From Squalus acanthias (Eukaryota), in contig CM059431.1 of NCBI GenBank assembly GCA_030390025.1, positions 156,986,001 through 157,050,000 on the forward strand: a DNA stretch of 64,000 bases, written 5' to 3'. Both the position numbers and the translations under genes were made by a program. The notes under the pieces are model-generated. The model did not search any database. It was given only the letters and a program-made list of their open reading frames with translations, and had not been told where the DNA came from. Shown here piece after piece: positions 1-9,744 of this stretch; position 1 is the first letter of the stretch; each line of letters starts with the position of its first letter.

Positions 1-446
1 GCATACGTGCGAGACAGCTTGAAGCTCACCAAGCAGGAACAAACGACTACAATAATAGCACAACAATTACATTTCAGAACCAATCACTGCATGACTAGAC
101 AGTCCGGCCAAGCATATGTGGCGTAACACTTTGTATGTTTATAGTTTCAGAAGGGAAGTAACAAGAACATCTAGCTTAAAGAGCAGATTATAATTAAGTC
201 AGTGGTGGAGATATATGATTAGTTGAGGGGCTTGTTGCTAGCGGAATGTGATTGGGCGGAGACATTTTTATGTCATGAATTATGTTAGCAGCCCTATGAT
301 GTATAAAAGATGTTCCAATGCCTCTGTAACGACGAGAAGTTGATCACTAGACCACGGGGTCTATGGTCTTCTCCCAATATACGCTGTATAATAAACTGTG
401 ATCTTTGCTTTGAGACAGACTCGAGTGAATTCATTTTTCACCAACA
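1..446 (+). mobile_element. LTR-like segment (solo or 3' LTR, left end beyond window)
   Basis: Ordered U3-R-U5-like signals: ATTGG/GGGCGG (251-260), TATAAAA (302-308), AATAAA (390-395), ends ...CCAACA at 446. No internal region visible. Confidence 0.5.
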
Positions 447-659
447 GTATGCATTTATCGTGTTTGAAGCCGGTGCCGACGTTGATGCCGGGTGGCCTTG
501 CGGTTTTATTGGTATTACTGTTCTTGTAGCGTTGTGTTGCAACTGAGTGGCTTGCTCGGCCATTTCACAGTGCAGTTAAGAGTCAACCACATTTCTATGT
601 GTCTGAAGTCACATATAGGTCAGACCATGTGTGGTAAATACTGCAGATTACCGGCCTAG

Positions 660-950
660 TCTTCTCAATCTCTCCTAATTGGAGACTTCCCATCCCAAGA
701 ATATCTCTAGTAAACGTTATTTGCACTCCCTCTCAGGTAAGTATATCTTTCCTTAAGAAAATAACCCAATACTCTACTCAGTACTACTGGTGCAGTCTTA
801 ACCAAAGTCCTATATATTTACAGTAATACTCCTTTACTCTTGTACTCCAATCCTTTTGTAACCAAGGCTAACATAATTTGCTTTCCTAAATGCTTCCTGT
901 ACCTGCATGTAAATTTTCACTGATTCGTACTCAAGAACACTCTGATAACC
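660..950 (-). mobile_element. Degenerate CR1 LINE ORF2 3' fragment
   Basis: Resembles the reverse strand of the CR1 RT C-terminal region seen in better copies in this window (e.g. 36800-37100). Confidence 0.5.
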
Positions 951-1384
951 TCGGAATAACAAGCGCTAAAACCCGGAAATTGCAATCTATCAAGTATCAA
1001 CTTGACAGATCCTCCGCCTCCCCATGAGAGGTAGAACTGCTGGCACAGATCTGCGATACTTTATCAATTGCTGGCCAGCAGCTACGGACGAAACCGCAGC
1101 GACAGTTAAAAACAGGCGAACAGCCTGCATTCTATCTGAAGAAGCAGCAGGAAGAAGATGTGGAAAGCAGGGGACTCTGAAACGGGACATATTTATCTTT
1201 GAACGTGAACAAAGTTCTTGTTAGAACGCCTGATTTAAGTTTCTAACATCATTCTTTGTTAAATATTTCATTGGTTTTGGATATTGTTCTGAGGATTTTA
1301 GGTAATTTAAAGAGGAACTCTCGCTGTGGACAAGATAAGCATTGTATTCAGTTAGATTTCATTTTTTTTTTATTTTAAAATGTT

Positions 1385-1989
1385 TTGATAGTCTGCGATG
1401 CGCATTTCAGGATCCTAAACGTGAATGCAGATCACTGGGGAAGTGCTCATGACTCCCTCGTCCTCTGTCACTCGGAATTATATAGCGCCCGCACCACATT
1501 GCCTCCAGGATCTGCATGGATATTGGGCGACAAGGGCTACCCGCTAAAACTATGGCAGATGACACCGTAACACAGGAAAAGTAATGAGGCACAGAAGAGA
1601 TACAACCGGGCACACGTGTCGACATGGAATGTGGTGGAGAGGACATCGGGGTTCTGAAATCACGCTTTCGGTGCCTGGACATGGCAGGGGCGTCTTTTCA
1701 GTATTCTCCTCTGAAAGTGTCAAGGATTGTGATGGCCTTTTGCGCTTTGCACAATGTTACCCTATGGGAAGGACTCACCCTTAACCCTGCTGACGAGCTC
1801 CAGGTTGAAATGGAGGACATGGAGGATGCCAATTGCCCTGTGGCCAGACCTGATGGGTTGAGCGATAGGCAGCCGAAAGCAAAGCTGCTGGGAACTGCTC
1901 GTAGCCAACACGTTCACGAGGCGTTGATAGTGTCGCCTTGTAACACCCCCTCCCCCAGCAAAGCACAGAAAAGAACAGACACAATTTAA
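1385..1989 (+). pseudogene. PIF/Harbinger (HARBI1-like, DDE_Tnp_4) transposase, C-terminal half, disrupted
   Basis: Motifs VCD..F..VNA..WGSAHDS, WILGDKGYPL..W.MTP, IGVLKSRFRCLD, CALHN; split by a stop/frameshift near 1570-1624. Confidence 0.9.
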
Positions 1990-2399
1990 AGTGAAACAGT
2001 GAACTTTTATTGCAACATCAACGATTTTGATGCACTTTTTGCTGTTCTTACTCTTTAAAAACAAATTGTTACCTAGCTTTTTTCTACTTTGTAAACATTT
2101 GCAAAGAAAAATGGTTGATAAAAAAACGAAAACAGTTTAAAGCGACATTTTGTGTTTTTTATTGCAATAAAGAAAATGCAAAGTGTTAACTAGCTATTTT
2201 CTACCTTTTAAACAGCTTTAACGTTAAATTGCTTGTTAATAAAAAAAGTAGATGTTTTAACGTGACTAGAGGCTATACTTAAGAAACAAAATGATTAAAT
2301 AACCATCAGTCACAAATATACATTTCAAGAGATAACAGAACACCAACATTTAAATAATAGCGAACATTAAAGAGTTGACGACAATGCGACCTCGCATCT

Positions 2400-3538
2400 C
2401 TGCCTGATGGTTGAAGGAGGCGCACTGTGCAACAGGTAGCACCCTACTGTCTCCTTCGCTTTTCCCTTGCCCGTGACCGGAGCCCACTCATGCCAAGTGA
2501 AAGGCCCCTGTGTACCATCTCTTGCCCTTCAGCAACTGCTGCTGCTGCTGCTGCTGCAGCGGAAAGGCAACATTTTCCTCAAACCTAATTGGCGGAGCTG
2601 TTATCTCGTGGGCGCTGAACCGTGTCTGCGCTGGGAGTAGGCAAAGGGGGTTGTGCGGGATTCAAATGAACTGCAGCCGAACCTGTTGTCCTTAACTGCA
2701 ATAGTTGAACGAGAGACGGTTAACCTGATACTGCGCCAGAAGAACATTGGCCCATCACATAAAAAAAACTGCGGAAGCCATGGCAAGCGCATGAACAATT
2801 GTCTGTGCAGTTGCATCGAACTGATTGATGGTCTGTAGACCTGTGCCCAAATTATTGCATATATTGCTCCCAAGAACATCAATCTCCCCCTTGATAGAGG
2901 CATGAAGAGTAAACATATCTTGCCTCAACCCTTCAACCTGTTGCACCTGAATTTCTATGGCATTGTGTTGCATTCATCGTCTTGCTACTACTCCCACCTG
3001 CTCTGCAGTATCAGGTTGGTGTCTCGCTGTGGAACGACAGTCATCTGTGCCTGGCACAGATCCAGAGCGGCCAGGAGGCGCAGAGGTGGTGTGCAGACAT
3101 CCAGGGTCCAATCTCTCCCCTTCCACTGGCTGACAATACACAAATTCCTCCATCTCCACCTCACTTACAGCTGGCACTGCATCTGTAAGCCGTTCCCCAA
3201 TGCCCTCTGCAGCCACAGAATCGCCGCACTGTTCATCCCGTGCCGCGAATGCAACTGTACACCTGTGTGAAGGAAACAGTAAACATTTACAAAGGTGAAG
3301 TACGATCTGCCACATCACAGAAGCTGATATTCAAGGCACACCTTACAGTTTTGAACATACAGCTGGACAGTTCAACTCACATTTCCTTACTCCAATGTCC
3401 GATTGTGCACCATATACTGAACGCCACCACTGATTGCAAGCAAGTGTGTGACCCTTTCTCTTGCTCCGATAATGCCGAAAGAGTGACAACACCACATCCT
3501 GTCACGGTACGCTCTCTGGTATCATGCAAAATTTTAAT
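2400..3538 (-). pseudogene. Harbinger second gene (Myb/SANT-like partner), C-terminal exons, convergent with the transposase
   Basis: Exon after AG at 3539-3540 reads KILHDTRERTVTGCGVVTLSALSEQEK (RER..TGGG-like motif that follows the Myb domain in Harbinger partners); second acceptor ttccttcacacag at about 3263; acidic and coiled-coil-like ORFs 2974-3318 and 2755-2973; (CAG)7 tract at 2537-2557. Confidence 0.6.
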
Positions 3539-3864
3539 CTAAATTGAAAGCAGAAATGAAAATGAAACTTAAGTTTTACTTGCAGAGACCACCCACACAC
3601 AGGCTTTGGAAAAAGGACCAGATGCTTCTTTGGAGACAGGGTATTGTTCACTGATGAAATTTCACACCTCAAATCTGTGCAGTACAGATCAGATGTTTAC
3701 AAGCACAATAGATGACCCTGACTGGCTTCAAAGCCATTATATTTTACGACTAGCTCAGATGGATGGATAATGACGTCACTTCACAACAGCTATGCAACTA
3801 AACATGTTTTAAAATAGAAAAGTTAATTTTCAACAAATTTTACAGTAGACATAACTGTGCAAAA

Positions 3865-4748
3865 TTTACGAAAGGCTGATATTTAGAGATAAATATAAAT
3901 TCAAATGTAGCCATTGACCAAATAATATTACCCATAATTACTGCCGGATAAGTAACAAGCGAAGACTTGTTCAAAATGCAGATGCAAAGACAGTCAAAAG
4001 CAGTTTAGACTAAGTTCTGATAACAAACAGCTACACGCTGCGAGTGAAGGTTAAATTGCTAAATAACATATTATGATGCTAAGTAGGAATTAGAATTCGC
4101 TTAACAAATCTAATTGTAAAGATATTTAAAAAACAATTAATATAAGGACATAAAATGAGAGAGATCATGGAGATAAGGTATTCATCTGGAAGATTAAAGT
4201 GAGATAGTCTGGATACCTCAAGACTGCTGAAACAGCGCTGATACAGGACCTTGGTATAAAGGCTTTGTACCAGGGGTCAGGAAATGAAAGAGATATGCTA
4301 AATTCAAAATGGGGTGCAAAACTATAAACAAGATAACAAGACAGCAGGATAGGGTTGATGGAAAAATACTGGAAAGGCGGGATGATACCTTAGTCTGAAT
4401 GACAATGGTATTTTGACCATTAGAACTAATTTAAAAAGATAATTTTGTTAAAAGCATTATATGGACAGTTGCCAAGCCAACTTTTTATAAGAAAAGGGTT
4501 AAAACCTCGATAATCAAAGAAAACTTTACACTGCCATACTGCGAGAAAAAAGGAACAGAATTAAGATGACGTCATCTGTGTCCGAGATTTTCCAGAGACA
4601 ACGGGCTGTGAGCTGCTCGTTAAAATTATCACCTAATGTTAAGTATATTACGCTGTAAGCTTAATAAATCTTGTTCTATTGCTCAAACATACTGGCTGCT
4701 GCCTATTCGTGTCTTGTCCAAGAACTCACAGATCATTAAGATCTTACA
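3865..4748 (+). repeat. 5' LTR
   Basis: Begins TTTACGAAAGGCTGATATTT (TG>TT), ends GATCTTACA; aligns over its full length with 8438-9340; CRE palindrome 4564-4577, AATAAA 4663-4668. Confidence 0.9.
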
Positions 4749-4751
4749 AAT

Positions 4752-4769
4752 TAGCACCCCAGATGGGAC
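4752..4769 (+). promoter_or_regulatory. Primer binding site, tRNA-Arg(CCT)-type
   Basis: TAGCACCCCAGATGGGAC, 3 nt after the LTR end; one mismatch from TGGCACCCCAGATGGGAC, the complement of the vertebrate tRNA-Arg(CCT) 3' end (...GTCCCATCTGGGGTG-CCA), recalled from memory. Confidence 0.75.
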
Positions 4770-4930
4770 AAGATAAAGCGGATAGTATTGTGTAATAGAT
4801 CGGACCTCGAAGCTTGCTTCCTGATCAGCTGCTGCTCTTGAGGAGGGATAAACCCCGTGGGAGTGGGGAGTGGGAGTGAAATGCACGTCGATAGTTTAAG
4901 ATGTTAGAAATCTGTTAGGAAAATCACCAA

Positions 4931-5257
4931 ATGGTTGGTAAATGTTTTGTTAATGCATATAAGAATCAGTTAGACAAAGGCGCCTGTTTACAGGAAGTAC
5001 AGGTGTTCTTGACGGAACGTTTAACCAAAGGAGACCGAATCCCCTTTGAAGGAGTGATAAACTTTATTCCGGAACATGTGAATCAGAAAATACACAACGA
5101 GTTAAGAGTGAAAGAAAGCCAGGTGTTTTGGCATAAAGTGCAGGAGAGAGAGGGAGAGATAAAGAAGGAAAAATATCTAATTTGCAGGCTAACCAATCTG
5201 AAAACTCAGCAAAGGAAGGAAAAAACAGGAATTTCGAAATCCAGGAAAAGCTGCTGA
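4931..5257 (+). pseudogene. Possible gag N-terminal remnant
   Basis: First ORF after the PBS/leader, charged and helical composition; no diagnostic motif. Confidence 0.3.
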
Positions 5258-6924
5258 GACGCCGATTTAGAAAGAGGGGAAAAAAAGAGAAATTTAAAGT
5301 TTTACCGACATGGAAGATATCAATGTCTGTGCCGAGACAAATCAAACACAAGATGTGCTGAGTGAAAGGAACCTTACAAAATGCTGGCATTTCAGTTTGT
5401 GTTAAATTCTGAGTTAAAGTGTGAAGTTTTCCTGAATATGAATGTTCAAGAAGTTAAAGTGTTTCTTTTGTATGAAAGTCTGTCTTTAAAAGAAAGATTA
5501 TGTTATGTGTGTTTTAGCTCCACCCACTTCTCTGTGTTAAAACGGTTTTAAACTTGTATCTTGCCTTGGATTTTGTAAGTTTTAATAATGTGCGAATAAG
5601 ACTGTGCACCCAGTTTAAAAAAAAATCTTTGATCTACAATTTAAGTTAAGCTGGTTTGTAAAAACGTAGAAGAACAACAAAATGCTTATTTAACAAAATA
5701 TTAAGTTCCAGTCTAAGACTTAACCTTTGAATCGTGCTTGGTATTGACATTTTCCAAAGCAGTTGATTTGATTTGTTTAATCGTGGAAAATTATTTTTTC
5801 TCCAGTTATATTCAATGTTTTTACAGTGTTTCAGAAAGACATCTGAAGAAAGAACAATAAGAAATATGACATAATTTACTGTTTTCTGCAGGCATGCGAT
5901 ATTTTGTTTTGTTTTATCTGTTTAGTTAATACGATGTTTATCTGAATTAGATTGGAATTATTAAAGGTAACTAACCTGTTAAATTGTGAAAACACAACTG
6001 TCTTTTTCGAGCGGGAAAGTTTTTTAAAATTTACTTGACATGACACAATTGCGTGCACCTGACAATATTTCGCTCCACAATCTTAAAAAGTTGCATAGGA
6101 GTTAACCCTTGCCACTGACAGCTGTTTAGGTACATCAAGCAACAACTTTAGTATGACATTTAAAGATAGTGGACATTATTAAATTTAAGTTTCTTATTTT
6201 TAAGTTATTAATTCCCCACAATGACAGAAGAAAAATTATGATTTGATTAATGAACCCCTTGTGCTCTAGGCAGAGTCACAATGGATTTTCTTCTTTCTTT
6301 TGTTATATGGAAGTTACCTTGTAAACTAATTGCAGCACTTCTATATCTAATGCAAAAACACTGTGTAAGACACCTAGCCTGGGAATCACTTTTTTTCTGA
6401 AATTGGAAATGGACGATAAATTGATAGAAATTAAATTGAATATTGAGAAAACCCTACAGTTCAACAGTACTGCTGTCTGCATTTTGGGATAATTATGTAA
6501 TAACAAAATTGACTCAGTCACTATATATCGGGTTACTTTTGGGAAAATAAAATATCCTATAAAATAATGATAAATAAAAAGTATTAATAACTTTGACCAA
6601 GTGAGATGTTTGATCTATGTTTTCAATCTTAAATATTTTACTGGAAAGTAGAGTTCCTCCAGGGCTCATGAATAAGATATGAATGGTAATTAATAGGATG
6701 TGTAAAATGAAGAGATGAAGTGATTGATGGTTTGAGATAGCAACAGGAGTATTACACCACCAATTCGGAATTTTCAAACTTTCTAGTAAAAGTCAGGAAA
6801 GTGTAGTTAAGATTAGTAAATTCATAGCTTTCTCTTGGAGACATTTGTGTCCTTGCCTATAATGGACTTTTTACAAAGCTGAATTTGATATTCTGGATAC
6901 TATCCAAGGCATCAGAACCATGCG

Positions 6925-7873
6925 GTGGAATGTGAACAAAGACCTCCACACAATCTTTTGCTAAGATCACCTGAAAGCCCGAGAAAGGCTTGTGTCGGAT
7001 GGCACTTGTGGTACGATATTGAGATACTCAGTTACTTTACAACAGCAATAGATGAAAAGGTTAATGTGGCTCAGGAGAGCGAGACAGCTTCTAAAGCATT
7101 GAGACACACTCCATCGAGAAACTATCTAATTAGTGAAACAAACATAACAGAGTTAAACACACTGGTACCTGATTGAGGGAATGAAATTGAAGTTGAACTT
7201 GGGAGTTACATGGAATTTGGATTTGGAGAATTGAGGGCTTAGGAGTAATCATGTTTAGTAAGAATTCTCCACAAGATGGATACGATTAAAAGAGAGATCT
7301 GGAGAAGCTTTTAAGTTCATGATTTCTTGATTAGATGTTAAACTGTAATGTCGCTTGAAATGATTGTAAGACTGAACTGAACGGTAACTGTTTAGTTGTG
7401 TTTTGTAGATAACAGAGCGGGGAAAAACCAGTACGATTCCAGTATGAGGTGGTTTTGGTGGTGCCTCCTGTTTCACTACTACCGCAACGATCATGCTTTA
7501 CTGGTTTAACAGGACCTGTCCCATTAACTAACATGTTTTAATCAATATCAAAACCTATGCTCAAGTGAAACTGACAGTAAGTGAGATACTTAAGTATGAG
7601 CTGCACAATTATGTGGCACAATTCGGATACGACATCCCCCTGTTGTCTAAGGGTTTCAGTGAGCTCGCGATGCGGCTGAACTCCTCCCTAAAGCATTTTT
7701 ATGTTTTGGAGCAAGACATCTCGAGAATGGATATTGAAATTGACAGAATAAAGGACGACACACACTTTTGTGATATTGGGCTTCATATATCAGTACACCC
7801 TTCGGTTCGTATTATTTCACATGCTCTGGTAATTCTCCAACTTGTAATGATAGTGTACTTGTTATACCTATAA
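6925..7873 (+). pseudogene. env-like glycoprotein remnant (heptad region plus C-terminal TM)
   Basis: ORF 7565-7873 has a heptad-like stretch (FSELAMRLNSSLKHFYVLEQDISRMDIEIDRI) then a hydrophobic anchor (IISHALVILQLVMIVYLLYL); upstream broken pieces WRIEGLGVI and GGASCFTTTAT; env position in the element. Confidence 0.55.
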
Positions 7874-8425
7874 TCTGAGTAGTAAGAATTTGATACATTA
7901 GCCAATTGTGTATTCATGCATATGATTGACCAGCAGTAACACATTAATTGAGCACACCAGTTGAGAAGATCCGAAGCAACGTAGATGAGACCACAGGCGG
8001 GGTAACATCAGGAAAGATAGAAGAAACAGTGGAGACCCAAGGCGGGGCAGAATTGGAACACCGGATCAGTGAATTGAATTTAAGTAAGGGGTCCGATCAG
8101 GGCCGGTACTGCCAGATCGTATGATGCAGCAATAGGAGCAGCGGGCGGAGGAGAAATGATAGACTGGGACGCACTAGAAGGCAATACATATTAGCACAGC
8201 TGACATGATGGTTGAACAGACCCCGGGGTGTCCCCCAGCCATGAGAATTGGCGGTCGGCCCCTATGAGTATCATTGTTAGCACCTAGGCCTATAATGAAA
8301 AGGGGGATAGAACCTCATTTGTGAAGCGCTCCGTTCCCCTCAATTGGAGGACTCCAATTTGCAGCAACGCTTGTCAGAATAGATGGAAGTATTCGAGGAA
8401 TCAATGTTTAAAATCTTTCATCCTT

Positions 8426-8437
8426 GAGGTGGGGACA
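8426..8437 (+). promoter_or_regulatory. Polypurine tract
   Basis: GAGGTGGGGACA directly before the TG start of the 3' LTR. Confidence 0.65.
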
Positions 8438-9340
8438 TGTACGAAAGGCTGATATTTAAAGATATTTATTAAACGAGAATCATATACATATAAATTCAAG
8501 TGCAGCCATTGAAAAAAATAATATTACTCATAATTACTCCTGGCCATCTAAAAAGCTAAGACTTGTTCCAAATGCAGCTGCGAAGGACAGCCAAAAGCAG
8601 CTTTGACTAAGTTTTGACAGCAAACAGCCACAGACTGCGAGTGAAGTTTAAATTGCTAAAAAAAAAGGATGCAAAGTAGAAATTAGAATTCGCTTCCCAA
8701 AACTAATTGCAACGATATTCAAAAAATAATTAGTATCAGGACATAAAATGAGAGAGATCATGAAGATAAGTTATTAATCTGGTAGCTTAAAGTGAGATAG
8801 ATTGGATACCTCAAGACTAGTGAAACAACGCTGATATGGGCCCTTGGTATAAAGGCCTTGTAACAGAGAAGCTAGAAATGAAAGAGATAAAGTACATTCC
8901 AATGGGGTGAAAAACTATAAAGAAGATAACACTGAACATGGCAAAGTTGGTGGAAAAATCCTGGAAAGGCGGGATACTTACTTAGTCTGGGTGACAATGG
9001 TATTTTGACCATTAGAACCAATTATAAAAGGTGATTTTGTTAAAGGCAATATATGGACACTGGCCAAACCAACTTTTGATAAGAAAAGGTTTAAAACCTC
9101 GACACTCAAAGAACAACTTTACACAGACCTGCTGCGGGAACAAAGGAACACATTTAAGATGACGTCATCTGTGTCCGAGAGGTTCCAGAGACCAAGGGCT
9201 GCGAGCTACTCGTTGAACTATCGCCTAATGTTAAGTATAATACGCTGCACGCTTAATAAATCTTGATCTATTGCTCAAACATACTGGCTACTGCCTATTG
9301 GTGTCTTGTCCAAGTACTCAGAAATCATTAAGATCTTACA
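8438..9340 (+). repeat. 3' LTR
   Basis: TGTACGAAAGGCTG...GATCTTACA (TG...CA); CRE palindrome 9157-9170; AATAAA 9255-9260. Confidence 0.9.
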
Positions 9341-9600
9341 ACTCCATCTACCCGCCTTTGCTCTGTAGCCATTAATATCATTGCCTAGCTAAAATATCAC
9401 CAACTCACTTTAGAAATGTCCAATTGACTTAGCCTCAACACAATGGTTTCCGGATAGATTTTCATATTTCCATTGGCTTTTGTGTGAGGAAGTGCTTTCT
9501 GACATCAAACCTCAACGGCGTAGCTTAAATTTTAAGTTTCTACCCGTTGTTAAGGACTCTCCCACCAGAGGAAATATATTTTCTCCATTACAACTAGTCT
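9341..9600 (-). mobile_element. CR1 LINE 3' fragment
   Basis: Similar to other minus-strand CR1 3' ends in the window (cccgcctttgctctgtagcc...; gaagtgctttctgacatc). Confidence 0.5.
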
Positions 9601-9744
9601 GTGCGAGTGTTTCTACTCCATACGAGTCTCTTCCCATTCCATCTACCTTAACGCACAGTTTCTGCATCTCTTTTTATTCCATGTTCTATCATGTACTCGA
9701 CCAGTTTCCTTTTGGAAACAAGAACGTTATTTGCCACCGACACG

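Larger units (their letters stand above)
3865..9340 (+). mobile_element. LTR retroelement / endogenous retrovirus, non-autonomous (no recognisable pol)
   Basis: Two roughly 0.9-kb direct repeats, PBS right after the 5' LTR, polypurine tract before the 3' LTR, remnant gag-like and env-like frames. Confidence 0.85.

Noticed and set aside
2510..2695. Poly-Cys ORF
   Set aside because: Antisense reading of a (CAG)n tract in the Harbinger partner gene.
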